This document shows, piece after piece, positions 8,704 through 18,200 of a stretch of 64,000 bases of DNA. The notes below the pieces were generated by a model. The model was not told the DNA's origin. It did no database searches and saw only the letters and a program-made list of their open reading frames with translations. The position numbers were made by a program, and so were the translations under genes. Where the stretch lies: the sequence record MK817115.1; one strand, written 5' to 3'. The DNA comes from Escherichia phage vB_EcoM_phAPEC6. How positions within the stretch are numbered: position 1 is the stretch's first letter; every line of letters begins with the position of its first letter.

Positions 8704-9669
8704 TTAGAAATCTTCGTATTCGTACCCTTTTGCAAGTACTAACTTCTTAAGCTTTTGCATAGCTTCACTGTACTTTCGGTGTATTGATGAACGGGATTTA
8801 ACATATTTTCCATTATCATCAACAAAACCATTATCAGCAATCTCACGAAGCGTTTCAGGTTCATATTCACCTAGACCATGAACACGCTGGATAATCTCAC
8901 GTTCTTTAGTACTCAATTCGTTAGTTAGTTCATTGATAGCATAACGTAAAGGTGCACGGATACTATCAACATTGAGGTTAAAATCAGAAGCAGGTGAATG
9001 AATAATGTCACCTAATGTACCATCTGTAACACCGTCTAATGGTGCATCCAGTGAAGTGTATTCGCTTTGAAATAATAAACAATTATTAACATGCTGAATC
9101 TCAATCCCAGTACCCTCTGAGATTATTTCAGGTGTTGGGCGAACACCATGTTTACGCATATATTCCTGGCAGAATCTTTTTACTTTGATCTTATGAACAC
9201 TCATATAACGTGGGAAGTGTACCATATAGTTAGCGTCAGAACTTTCGTTATAAACTGTCATGTAAATACTAGAAGAAGCATAGGTAATGAACTTCACATT
9301 CTTATTAAGATCAAAGGTTTTTAGTGCTCTCATGAACCCCTCAACACCATATGAAATCTTATCTTCAAATGGGATATAACAAGTACATTTACTTGCTACA
9401 TCAATAATAAGTCCATAATTGTAACGAACTAACAGTTCAGTGTTTTTCTTTACATTGATACCAGCTTGAATATCACGAATTAGATCTTCATTGGAAACAT
9501 TTGGTGGTCGCTTAAGTGTAATATTATATTTGAAACTGCTTTGTACTTTACCTTCATTTTCATCTTTATCTTCAACGAAATCTAAGGCTTCTAGTGTGTT
9601 GACTTCTTCATTAGCAAAACATTCATCCAGAACTTCTTCGGCAATTGTATTTAAATCAAGCTTTTTCAC
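8704..9669 (-). CDS. sigma-70 family RNA polymerase sigma factor (321 aa)
   Basis: Region 2-like segment (LIRDIQAGINVKKNTELLVRYNYGLIIDVASK) and region 4 HTH-like C-terminus (TLREIADNGFVDDNGKYVKSRSSIHRKYSEAMQKLKK). Confidence 0.75.
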   Translation of the reverse strand: MKKLDLNTIAEEVLDECFANEEVNTLEALDFVEDKDENEGKVQSSFKYNITLKRPPNVSNEDLIRDIQAGINVKKNTELLVRYNYGLIIDVASKCTCYIPFEDKISYGVEGFMRALKTFDLNKNVKFITYASSSIYMTVYNESSDANYMVHFPRYMSVHKIKVKRFCQEYMRKHGVRPTPEIISEGTGIEIQHVNNCLLFQSEYTSLDAPLDGVTDGTLGDIIHSPASDFNLNVDSIRAPLRYAINELTNELSTKEREIIQRVHGLGEYEPETLREIADNGFVDDNGKYVKSRSSIHRKYSEAMQKLKKLVLAKGYEYEDF

Positions 9670-9690
9670 TTACATCTCCTAATGACGAAA

Positions 9691-10188
9691 TCAAAATCGA
9701 TATACATTAATATTATCATCTGTGAAGCAATCATGGTTATGCACATCCATGAAAGTACTAAACACTTTATCATATAAAGTTGTATGTTCTTCATGAATAG
9801 CAGCATCTAGCATGTATTCTCCACCACTTCCCATAAAGAAAGTGTAGTCTTCATGTAGATATTCAAGTTTTTTAATAAACTTTCCTTTAGTTAAAATCAT
9901 ATGAATAACATAATCTTTAGAAAGAAGCACACAATGGCAACTTAACTTTCTGTCAGGTATAACTGGTACTTTATTAATTAACCAATCCAGTACTTTATCA
10001 ATTTCACTTACTGACCCACTAGCACTGAATAAACGGTCATGTACATATAAAGTTTTTTGATTAACAACTCCATATTGATATTTTGGTCTTAGTGGGAAAA
10101 AACCAAATAAGTTTCGTGGTATAGTTGACGTAACTCTAGAATCGGTAATCAATAAATTTAATCGTTTATCAATATAAACAGTTGTCAT
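9691..10188 (-). CDS. HslV-like Ntn-hydrolase peptidase (proteasome beta-like), 165 aa
   Basis: N-terminal MTT (Thr nucleophile after Met removal), LYxxDxxF...G segment and GSGG motif aligned by eye to HslV. Confidence 0.6.
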   Translation of the reverse strand: MTTVYIDKRLNLLITDSRVTSTIPRNLFGFFPLRPKYQYGVVNQKTLYVHDRLFSASGSVSEIDKVLDWLINKVPVIPDRKLSCHCVLLSKDYVIHMILTKGKFIKKLEYLHEDYTFFMGSGGEYMLDAAIHEEHTTLYDKVFSTFMDVHNHDCFTDDNINVYRF

Positions 10189-10189
10189 A

Positions 10190-10609
10190 TTAAACCTTAT
10201 CTAAGAATTTATCGTATATATAAAATTCTTTATCGGTGAATACATTAATTCTAGTATCGAATCTTTGCATCGTGTTCATATACAATGAACTTTTTAAATA
10301 AAAATACAAAGCAACAAATTCTGATATATGCATATTCTTTTTATTGTTACATAAATTCTTTAGCATTTTGATGCTATCAAATTCTTCTTTATCAAATCTG
10401 TACTGGTAAAAATTGTATCTATTGGATCGGCACTCATAGATACGAAGTGCCATTATATCAATACATTCTTTAGATTTACAGTACTTATTCAATACGTCAT
10501 AATCACCCGTACATAATGCTACAAAGATTTTATGTGCAAGCGTAGCTTTGCCCTCAATCGTATAATAGCCAAAAAATTTAATGATTAAGTACTGAATGAA
10601 TGTAATCAT
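10190..10609 (-). CDS. hypothetical protein (139 aa)
   Basis: ORF in track. Confidence 0.55.
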   Translation of the reverse strand: MITFIQYLIIKFFGYYTIEGKATLAHKIFVALCTGDYDVLNKYCKSKECIDIMALRIYECRSNRYNFYQYRFDKEEFDSIKMLKNLCNNKKNMHISEFVALYFYLKSSLYMNTMQRFDTRINVFTDKEFYIYDKFLDKV

Positions 10610-10614
10610 TTGAT

Positions 10615-10875
10615 TTAGAATTTCTCCGAAATTACTAGAGTGTCATCATAATCTTCTGCAATCTCATGAAGAACTTTTAAGTTACTTTCACCAGAAACGC
10701 TTTGTACTTCGTTCAAAAGATAGTTTAGATCAACTTTAGTTACTTTTTCTGAATCAAATACACAGAAAGTCAATTCAGCGTTTGGACAGATCTTCTTCAG
10801 ATTATCAGCAACAACTTGTTTGAAGTTGAAAGATGGGGAAGCAACCAGGTTAACTGCAACGAGAATAGATTTCAT
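10615..10875 (-). CDS. hypothetical protein (86 aa)
   Basis: ORF in track. Confidence 0.5.
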   Translation of the reverse strand: MKSILVAVNLVASPSFNFKQVVADNLKKICPNAELTFCVFDSEKVTKVDLNYLLNEVQSVSGESNLKVLHEIAEDYDDTLVISEKF

Positions 10876-10949
10876 AATGTTTTCCTTTTTAGCTGATAAT
10901 TAAATTAGGAGCACATTGTACTCCATATTATTTGTTATGTAAAATACTT

Positions 10950-11201
10950 TTAGATACCAAGTGCAGTAGATAACTCTTTACGTTTGTTATATGAATCAGA
11001 TTCAATCTTACTTTTCTTGTTGAAAAGGGATTCAATATCCTTATAGATTGCTTCGATAGATTTAGTTACTACCCATTCTGATTCTTGAAGCATACCTTGG
11101 AGTCGTGCGTACTCAACTTTGATAGTACTGCGAAGTTCTTCACAAACTTCTTCATTCTTAATTAGTGCAGCACTAAGTTCTTTGACCTTATCGATGTTCA
11201 T
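10950..11201 (-). CDS. hypothetical small protein (83 aa)
   Basis: ORF in track. Confidence 0.45.
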   Translation of the reverse strand: MNIDKVKELSAALIKNEEVCEELRSTIKVEYARLQGMLQESEWVVTKSIEAIYKDIESLFNKKSKIESDSYNKRKELSTALGI

Positions 11202-11260
11202 AAGTTCCTTACTCTAATTTGTTTTTAACAAAATAATTATATATAACATACTAAATTATG

Positions 11261-11686
11261 TCAAGTATTTTTAGTACCTTCTTCTGCCATTTTTGTGATA
11301 TACCAATTAAGTACTGATTTGTGTACCATAAAAAATGTGAATGCAAATATAGCAATAGCTGCTGATGTAACACTATTAGATAATGACCCAAGTTGGATGT
11401 TAGTACCTAAAATAACAATAAATGGATACAACACAATCAATCTACTGTAAGGTTCGTCTCCAGTATCACGGAGAAATCCAAGCCTTTCATGATCAGTATC
11501 CATAGTGACAATTGGACAGAACATAAGTGCAGACATAAGAGCAATACCAATTTGTGCTACATTGGAAATTGTAAACCACAAAGGATTTAAACCATATGAA
11601 ATATTATTTTCTGTACAGTAGTAACCAAACGAATTGAATGCACAAACTAAAAATACAAAAATACAAATCTTATTATAGCCTCTCAT
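11261..11686 (-). CDS. hypothetical membrane protein (141 aa)
   Basis: Several hydrophobic helices. Confidence 0.55.
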   Translation of the reverse strand: MRGYNKICIFVFLVCAFNSFGYYCTENNISYGLNPLWFTISNVAQIGIALMSALMFCPIVTMDTDHERLGFLRDTGDEPYSRLIVLYPFIVILGTNIQLGSLSNSVTSAAIAIFAFTFFMVHKSVLNWYITKMAEEGTKNT

Positions 11687-12105
11687 TTGTTTAGCTCCGT
11701 TAATTTTCGTTTAACTTCTAGATCATGAAACTCATCGGCATATGAGTTTTGAACAGTTCTGATGTATTCCAACATAACAAACATAGTTCCACATACCCAT
11801 AGATATGTATAGTAATCAAATACAAATGCATATAACATACACGGTACTAAAATGAAAGTGTAAACAAAACTATATCGTGTAGTTCCAAATACTTTCAGAT
11901 ATAACAAACGTCGATAATCACGGGCAAATGTATTGATGCACACTGAAAATGTAATTAATGTATACCATGAAATACCCTGAATTAAACCTGAAACATTTAC
12001 AAGTTTATGTTCATCGGAAAACCCCAGTGCATTTAGCACTGGAGCCATAACCCAACCAATAATACTAATAAGAAAAAGATATTTTGCATTACTTAGTGTG
12101 AACAT
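11683..12105 (-). CDS. hypothetical membrane protein (140 aa)
   Basis: Several hydrophobic helices; 4-nt overlap with downstream gene. Confidence 0.55.
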   Translation of the reverse strand: MFTLSNAKYLFLISIIGWVMAPVLNALGFSDEHKLVNVSGLIQGISWYTLITFSVCINTFARDYRRLLYLKVFGTTRYSFVYTFILVPCMLYAFVFDYYTYLWVCGTMFVMLEYIRTVQNSYADEFHDLEVKRKLTELNK

Positions 12106-12106
12106 A

Positions 12107-12565
12107 TTACTTTAGTCCCCATGCTTTTTTGATTGCATCAACAGAGTTTTGGTCCACTACTTCCTTTTTTTCTGATGTAGTTTGAAGTTTATTAATTACA
12201 TATTCCTTTGCATCTTTTTCTATCATAAATTTACCATCAACCAACACACCAAAAACTTTAGAATTTCGGGCTGGATATGGATTAATTTCATCAAGAGTAC
12301 GGACTTTCTTATCAACTATAATGGCTTTGATGTAACCAGTTTCAAGTACTGTTGTAATCACAGTCATTTCAATTGCAACTGGTGAATCCTCCCAATATGC
12401 AATCCATTTAGTAAAGCTACGATCAGGTGAATCCTTTGTGCATTTTAATTTAATTGCACTATTAAAAATGTATTGTTTAAAATTGTCATCGACAACTTCA
12501 CTAATACTAAAATAACCTTCACGCTCTTCAACATTACGTTTGAAATTTGTAGCTAATACATCCAT
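12107..12565 (-). CDS. hypothetical protein (152 aa)
   Basis: ORF with SD-like AGGGGGA upstream and promoter at 12598..12626. Confidence 0.6.
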   Translation of the reverse strand: MDVLATNFKRNVEEREGYFSISEVVDDNFKQYIFNSAIKLKCTKDSPDRSFTKWIAYWEDSPVAIEMTVITTVLETGYIKAIIVDKKVRTLDEINPYPARNSKVFGVLVDGKFMIEKDAKEYVINKLQTTSEKKEVVDQNSVDAIKKAWGLK

Positions 12566-12597
12566 TTTCCATCCCCCTTGGGTTACTTGGTGTGTTA

Positions 12598-12626
12598 ATT
12601 ATAATACTAAGAATCTTTGTTGTCAA
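12598..12626 (-). promoter_or_regulatory. sigma70-type promoter (TTGACA, 17 nt, TATAAT)
   Basis: Reverse complement reads TTGACA acaaagattcttagtat TATAAT. Confidence 0.6.
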
Positions 12627-13083
12627 ACTTTTCCCTCAAATATTTTTCTATTAATCTAATTTGTGTTGGTGGTAAGATAAAGTAATCGTACATAGATTTA
12701 CTACCATGTATCGAACAACCTACACTAATACTATAATCATATGGATATAAGTATATTGGGTCTTGTATATCAGGTATGAAAACTATTCTTGGTATATTAC
12801 CATTTCCTATTCTTACTTGGACGTTATCATTATTATTAAGATAATTTCTTATACAGTACTCAATTATACCATTTACTTTAGAATCATAACCATAATTTTT
12901 ATATTCAGGAAAAATGAAATAGCGTTCATGGTATAGATATGAGCATAGTAACGCTGGGAAAAAATTCCAAAATCCTTCATGTTTTGCAATTGTTTGTGCA
13001 TATTTAAAATGATTAGCATTACTAAAAATATTATACAGCACAAAATACACAAATGGACTTACCAACAACACTATTGTTAACAT
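12607..13083 (-). CDS. hypothetical membrane protein (158 aa)
   Basis: N-terminal transmembrane segment. Confidence 0.55.
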   Translation of the reverse strand: MLTIVLLVSPFVYFVLYNIFSNANHFKYAQTIAKHEGFWNFFPALLCSYLYHERYFIFPEYKNYGYDSKVNGIIEYCIRNYLNNNDNVQVRIGNGNIPRIVFIPDIQDPIYLYPYDYSISVGCSIHGSKSMYDYFILPPTQIRLIEKYLREKFDNKDS

Positions 13084-13544
13084 CAGAAGCCTCTGTATTT
13101 TTCATACACTTCAACGCATTCCATGATTTTGTCATCGTCCATCATATCATAGCCTTGTAGAAATTCTTCTTTATCAACCTTCCCTGCCATCATATCTGTG
13201 TCAGAAATTCTGGAGTCATAGAAGTAATACATATCTTTATAGTACTGTTTTTTGTGCTGCTCAATCTTTACTTTAGCATATCCAGCACAAAATGAAGGAG
13301 ATTTAACAACTTCCCATTTATGCTTCTTGATGGGTTTATCATTAGCATGTTTTTCCCTGTATGTCTGACGATAACGTTCACGCATTTCAGGCATGTATTC
13401 TTCAGCAGTACGTTTAGGGGGAGTTTTACCAGTCCCAATAGTTTTAATAGTTTGACGTTGTTCTTCTGCGTGTACTGGGGAAATGAAACATGATGTACCA
13501 AACAGTACTGCTACGATAACCATAAAATTCTTAAACATAATCAA
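13083..13544 (-). CDS. hypothetical secreted protein (153 aa)
   Basis: Signal-peptide-like N-terminus ending VHAEEQ. Confidence 0.55.
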   Translation of the reverse strand: MIMFKNFMVIVAVLFGTSCFISPVHAEEQRQTIKTIGTGKTPPKRTAEEYMPEMRERYRQTYREKHANDKPIKKHKWEVVKSPSFCAGYAKVKIEQHKKQYYKDMYYFYDSRISDTDMMAGKVDKEEFLQGYDMMDDDKIMECVEVYEKYRGF

Positions 13545-13768
13545 ACCTCTTTTACAATAATATCGATTGATACTGGAATTGCAATTTCACTATTACATGA
13601 ATATACATCAGCACAGTACTCAATATCTAGTACTTTATAATATTTCTCAAAACCACAAATGGTAAGATTCAACGTTGACCCAACTGCTGGGAGTACAGGA
13701 AATGATAAGAACGCAATTTTAGAATGAAATTCTTCATTGATATCTTGATATACAGTTGCAGTAATCAC
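13541..13768 (-). CDS. hypothetical small protein (75 aa)
   Basis: ORF in track. Confidence 0.45.
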   Translation of the reverse strand: MITATVYQDINEEFHSKIAFLSFPVLPAVGSTLNLTICGFEKYYKVLDIEYCADVYSCNSEIAIPVSIDIIVKEV

Positions 13769-14349
13769 AATGGTAACTCCTGTAGTGGTTTCATAATACC
13801 GAGTACTGGGTGATTTTCAATCATTGGTCGCCCTGGTACACCAGTGAGGATAACTGGGATAGAACTAATATCTTTTACATAGTTGAATCCCTCAAACGTG
13901 AACTCTTGTTTTTTCTCATTATACAATACCCATAGTATTACGTCAGCTTTTTTCTGGATATTTTTTAACTGTCGAGTACTAACACATGGTCCAAAGTCAG
14001 TCCATGATTTATACTTGATACCTTTTACTTCAATACGAAGGTTGTTTACCTTAATATCACATTCACCGTCACGTGCTTCATTTTGGAATGCTGGATCGAT
14101 ATTAAGTTTAATACCAGTATTGTTTTCAATTTCATTAAAAAGTACTAAAGATGCGTGCTCACATACCATACCAACAAAATGACTATGTGCATGATTAAAA
14201 CCATATGGCGATTTACTGGCTGGAGCCAAAAGTTTATATCGTTCTGATTTTTCAATCGCTTTTGCCATAAAAGAATCAGCTTCATCTTTATATAACTTAA
14301 CAGTCATTTTTCCATTTTTCAGTACTAATCTATTATCAATAACATTCAT
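13765..14349 (-). CDS. hypothetical protein (194 aa)
   Basis: ORF; divergent promoter at 14377..14405. Confidence 0.6.
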   Translation of the reverse strand: MNVIDNRLVLKNGKMTVKLYKDEADSFMAKAIEKSERYKLLAPASKSPYGFNHAHSHFVGMVCEHASLVLFNEIENNTGIKLNIDPAFQNEARDGECDIKVNNLRIEVKGIKYKSWTDFGPCVSTRQLKNIQKKADVILWVLYNEKKQEFTFEGFNYVKDISSIPVILTGVPGRPMIENHPVLGIMKPLQELPL

Positions 14350-14376
14350 AAAAACACCTCATTATTCATTCACTAC

Positions 14377-14405
14377 ATGATAACACCAAATCATACACCA
14401 GTCAA
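14377..14405 (-). promoter_or_regulatory. sigma70-type promoter (TTGACT, 17 nt, TATCAT)
   Basis: Reverse complement reads TTGACT ggtgtatgatttggtgt TATCAT; divergent from plus-strand promoter. Confidence 0.5.
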
Positions 14406-14414
14406 GCTCATTTT

Positions 14415-14443
14415 TTGGATATGCATAATAAATACGTTATAAT
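14415..14443 (+). promoter_or_regulatory. sigma70-type promoter (TTGGAT, 17 nt, TATAAT) for the only plus-strand gene
   Basis: TTGGAT atgcataataaatacgt TATAAT, then GGAGGG Shine-Dalgarno and ATG at 14466. Confidence 0.55.
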
Positions 14444-14465
14444 AATTATACCAATGGAGGGATAA

Positions 14466-15620
14466 ATGTCAAGGTCAATTGCTGCGGCTGGACACTATAA
14501 GTTTGGTGAATGTGGTTATGTTGTTGATGGTGCAATCCTCAACGATGGAACTAGACTAAAAAATATTAGAATCTATCGCCAAAGAAGCCATAGATTATAT
14601 GATTTAATTGATCCAAGAACTAATATAATATATCGTAAAGTACAAATAACAACTAAAGATAATAAAGGTTATCTATTAAATTACAATAAAACTAATGACC
14701 AACTATTAAGTGAAATTAATAAAAATTGTTTCTTTGTTCGTGGATATTCTGAAGAGCCACAAGAAACTGATACTGGATTTGTATATAAATTTATGCTACA
14801 TAAAACAATTTTAGGTAGTTCACAAACCTTGTATCATATGTATACACCTGAATGTGGTATTATAGATCGTGATATAGATAATATTCTCATTTCACCAGTA
14901 TTTGTTGGTAATGACTCAATTAGTGGTAAATTATTCAACACTGGTTCAGAAATTGATACTAACGGTATGGTAATAACAATCGTATTACCAGACGGGACAG
15001 AATACTTTACTACCCAATTTGTTAATGATGCATTTACAATTCCAGTTGATGTTATCACACAATCAGGGAAAGGTACTGCTACGCTCACTTCTCCATATTA
15101 TAACACTAAAGTGGTGGAATTTGATGTTCTTGAAAGTGGTGAGGATATTGATTTTGTTACATCAGTTCTTCTATCCCAATTTGAACCTGTTTCGGAAGGT
15201 GTATTTTCTGCGGTTGTTCCATTTGATGTTCATGATCGTGGACAGTACTTAGCACTTCAAGCATACAGTGGTGACTTATATCAAGTTGGTGTAGATCTTT
15301 CTGTAGACGCAGAAGGTAATATTACTGTGTATCAAACTGATAATTTACCTGTTTCTTTGAGTATAATCGGAAAAACACTGCATACTACTCCTTTCCATAA
15401 AGAATATACTTTAAGTGAGTGGGTTCTCGGTGAAGACTCTATGTACTCTATCTCAGTTCCAGTAACTGAACATGGTAAAGCACTACCACAAGTTCAATTA
15501 TATTCTTCAGACAATCATGTAGTTCATAGTGAAATACAAGTGGATGAAGATGATAATGTAATTCTTAAAGTAGTAGAACCGCTTGACTGCTCAGTCGTAA
15601 TAGTTGGTTACAACGCATAA
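14466..15620 (+). CDS. hypothetical protein (384 aa), beta-rich, possibly structural
   Basis: Long ORF with strong SD GGAGGG, own promoter and terminator; only convincing plus-strand gene. Confidence 0.75.
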   Translation: MSRSIAAAGHYKFGECGYVVDGAILNDGTRLKNIRIYRQRSHRLYDLIDPRTNIIYRKVQITTKDNKGYLLNYNKTNDQLLSEINKNCFFVRGYSEEPQETDTGFVYKFMLHKTILGSSQTLYHMYTPECGIIDRDIDNILISPVFVGNDSISGKLFNTGSEIDTNGMVITIVLPDGTEYFTTQFVNDAFTIPVDVITQSGKGTATLTSPYYNTKVVEFDVLESGEDIDFVTSVLLSQFEPVSEGVFSAVVPFDVHDRGQYLALQAYSGDLYQVGVDLSVDAEGNITVYQTDNLPVSLSIIGKTLHTTPFHKEYTLSEWVLGEDSMYSISVPVTEHGKALPQVQLYSSDNHVVHSEIQVDEDDNVILKVVEPLDCSVVIVGYNA

Positions 15621-15621
15621 T

Positions 15622-15656
15622 AAAAAAAGCCACTACATTGTAGTGGCTTTAATTTT
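15622..15656. terminator. bidirectional rho-independent terminator
   Basis: Hairpin gccacta/tagtggc flanked by A-run upstream and T-run downstream; sits between convergent genes. Confidence 0.75.
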
Positions 15657-15662
15657 ATCTAA

Positions 15663-16475
15663 TTATTTGAAATTGTCACGTAGAACTTCTTCAAGTGTTT
15701 TATCTGGATTGCTAATGGCTACATTATAAATCAATTCTTTAAATGCAGTTAGTGCCTGCTCAGTTGCTTCTGGACCAAAGTTCTCACTAATGCTTTTAAA
15801 CATACTTTGTGCACGTTCTGATTTGATACAACTAGTTACAAACTTGTCAATTTCATTACGAAGCTGCTTAGTTGTCATGTCACCAATGAGCATCTCACTA
15901 ATTTCTTTTGGTTCATCTGCACTTGTTCGGACATTCGTAAAACCAAACACATCATCACCTGAGCCAAAGCTACGTTTTTCTTTTTTAGTTTCTTTTACTG
16001 GTTCTTCTTCAACTTCTTGTTCGTATTCTTTAGTAAAGAGATGAGATAGTACATCATCAAGATTTTTAACCATACCATCAATACGAGATTCAGCATTCTT
16101 GGATACATGTTTGAATGCTTGCTCTAGTGCTTTTTCTTGAATCTGGTCACGAACATTATTAACTACATTACGAAGTTTTTCATTACAGTTGTCTAAAATT
16201 TCTAATACTTCACCAGTTTTGATTTTTTCCAAAAGTACATCTAAATCAGATTTTACATTTTGTTTTTGACTTACTTCACCATTAAGAATTGAATTCAATT
16301 CTTTAGCACCTTCAACTGCTTCTTCATGTGTTTTAAATTCAACTGGTACATCAACACCATCCAGTACAATATTAAGCACTTTACCATCAACGTAGGCGTA
16401 GGAGTAAGATGCTTTTTTGAAAGAAATAGTTTTGAAGAAAATGTTGCTCATATTGATATACTCCTTAGTGCCCAC
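15663..16475 (-). CDS. hypothetical acidic protein (270 aa)
   Basis: Long ORF ending at bidirectional terminator. Confidence 0.65.
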   Translation of the reverse strand: MGTKEYINMSNIFFKTISFKKASYSYAYVDGKVLNIVLDGVDVPVEFKTHEEAVEGAKELNSILNGEVSQKQNVKSDLDVLLEKIKTGEVLEILDNCNEKLRNVVNNVRDQIQEKALEQAFKHVSKNAESRIDGMVKNLDDVLSHLFTKEYEQEVEEEPVKETKKEKRSFGSGDDVFGFTNVRTSADEPKEISEMLIGDMTTKQLRNEIDKFVTSCIKSERAQSMFKSISENFGPEATEQALTAFKELIYNVAISNPDKTLEEVLRDNFK

Positions 16476-16806
16476 TAGCTGGGAAGGTTTTAAACATATA
16501 GTGACATTGTACTAAATCATTGAACTTCAATCCGAAATCTTTAGTACCCATCAGTGTGTGATAAAAATAATGCGAAATTGTATTAGTTTCAGCGTCTTTA
16601 ATATAGATACCAAATTCGGTACAGCAAAACTGAACAACTTCATTATAACTTTCTAACTTGGAAATTACAAGTACTTGATCATAAGAATTTTTATCAAATC
16701 CAATGATGTACATTTCCTCTGTTTCTGGGTGTACAATCATCCCACCGCGAGAAATAATTTTCTCGAAGTTACTGCTCAAGTACTGAATTGTTGAACTTAA
16801 GTTCAT
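16465..16806 (-). CDS. hypothetical protein (113 aa)
   Basis: ORF in track. Confidence 0.55.
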   Translation of the reverse strand: MNLSSTIQYLSSNFEKIISRGGMIVHPETEEMYIIGFDKNSYDQVLVISKLESYNEVVQFCCTEFGIYIKDAETNTISHYFYHTLMGTKDFGLKFNDLVQCHYMFKTFPASGH

Positions 16807-17019
16807 TTACAACTCCTTACGTATTACTCGTCCGGTAAGATGTTCATCTGTACAGAACTTCATTATAAATGCTTTTAGATGGAAGTCTTCTAAAATTCTA
16901 TATGCTTGCGTTTTCATAACGACTTCCTTCTTCTCCACATCAACAATTATATCATGTTTCTCGTGAAGTTCCTGGATCATTTGATATGAATTCAAACTTA
17001 GTACGCTCATAACCACCAA
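16807..17019 (-). CDS. hypothetical small protein (70 aa)
   Basis: ORF; 5' end overlaps upstream ORF so true start uncertain. Confidence 0.4.
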   Translation of the reverse strand: MVVMSVLSLNSYQMIQELHEKHDIIVDVEKKEVVMKTQAYRILEDFHLKAFIMKFCTDEHLTGRVIRKEL

Positions 17020-17326
17020 TGTCCTCCATCTCCCACAAAATTTGAACTGCCACTTCTAATTCGTGGTGAATTTGAAAATAACCATTACTTGCAGTGTAGA
17101 TGTAGCCATTTTTAGTAATTGCATAACCCCACTTTTTACTTTGAGAATGCATCTCACGTTTCAACCCATAAGGGGAAGGTGGCTTCTTGACTGGTTCTGG
17201 TTCTCGGTTTTCGTTGTAAATCTCTTGTTCGATTCGCAACGCTTTATGATATGAGTATACATGAATCAGGCGACAAAGTACAATAGTAATGCAACAAATA
17301 ATTGTAAATGTGATCAAGCTCATCAA
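16952..17326 (-). CDS. hypothetical membrane-anchored protein (124 aa)
   Basis: N-terminal hydrophobic segment. Confidence 0.5.
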   Translation of the reverse strand: MMSLITFTIICCITIVLCRLIHVYSYHKALRIEQEIYNENREPEPVKKPPSPYGLKREMHSQSKKWGYAITKNGYIYTASNGYFQIHHELEVAVQILWEMEDIGGYERTKFEFISNDPGTSRET

Positions 17327-17742
17327 TTTGCCCTCTGCCTAGATACATATTCATTAATTGCATCTTCCAAATCATACCCTGACATTTTTACATTATCAAT
17401 AGAAACATGATATTTTTTCAGCACTTTTTGTCCAGCAGTGTTCTCCCATATCGACCCATCAGGTTCAATATGAACTTTATGGTTCAGGATGAAATCAAAC
17501 ATTTCTTCTTTTGATAAGTTTGCTTTACGGGTTTCAATGTGATTAGTATTAAGTAATTCACGAGTATGTTTAATTCCATATTCAGTGTGCTCACCAACAC
17601 TACGATGCAAAACTTTTAACTGCTCGGCAGCAGTTTCTTCATCATAAACATGAATAGTTTCAGTACTATATAAAATATCCTGAATATTACCAGTACTTAC
17701 TTCTGTCCAAGTGTCTTTGAAATGAATTTTGATTGTTTTCAT
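17323..17742 (-). CDS. hypothetical protein (139 aa)
   Basis: ORF in track. Confidence 0.55.
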   Translation of the reverse strand: MKTIKIHFKDTWTEVSTGNIQDILYSTETIHVYDEETAAEQLKVLHRSVGEHTEYGIKHTRELLNTNHIETRKANLSKEEMFDFILNHKVHIEPDGSIWENTAGQKVLKKYHVSIDNVKMSGYDLEDAINEYVSRQRAN

Positions 17743-17753
17743 AGAAGCTCGTA

Positions 17754-18200
17754 TTAGTTATATGCTGTGAATAGGTCAATGTTTTTATCATCTACACTGA
17801 TTAATTTGCCAGTTGAACTAACAAACACAATATTTCCACCGGGCGTTAGTTGAACACGCTGGTTAACTGAATATTGCCCATTAAGGTTGTAATCAGCCCA
17901 TTCGACTACATAACGTTGAATAACACCGTTAGTATCATAAAGATAAACGTGTGTCACGTCACGCATTTTCAAACGTTCCAACAATGTAGAGTTATCCATG
18001 AAATCAGATGGTGTATTGCTGCGTAAAGCAATACCAAACTCACCGATAACAGTACTAATTGTCAGTCCGTTTGAAAAACGGCTACAAAGAGTCTTCTCAT
18101 CAGCAATATGCATCCATAAAACATTCTTTACATCAATATCAACAAATTCACAGTTTTCAAAAACCAAACCTACTTTGGAAACTTTACCATTAAATTGCAT
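17754..18200 (-). CDS. hypothetical protein (148 aa)
   Basis: ORF in track. Confidence 0.55.
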   Translation of the reverse strand: MQFNGKVSKVGLVFENCEFVDIDVKNVLWMHIADEKTLCSRFSNGLTISTVIGEFGIALRSNTPSDFMDNSTLLERLKMRDVTHVYLYDTNGVIQRYVVEWADYNLNGQYSVNQRVQLTPGGNIVFVSSTGKLISVDDKNIDLFTAYN

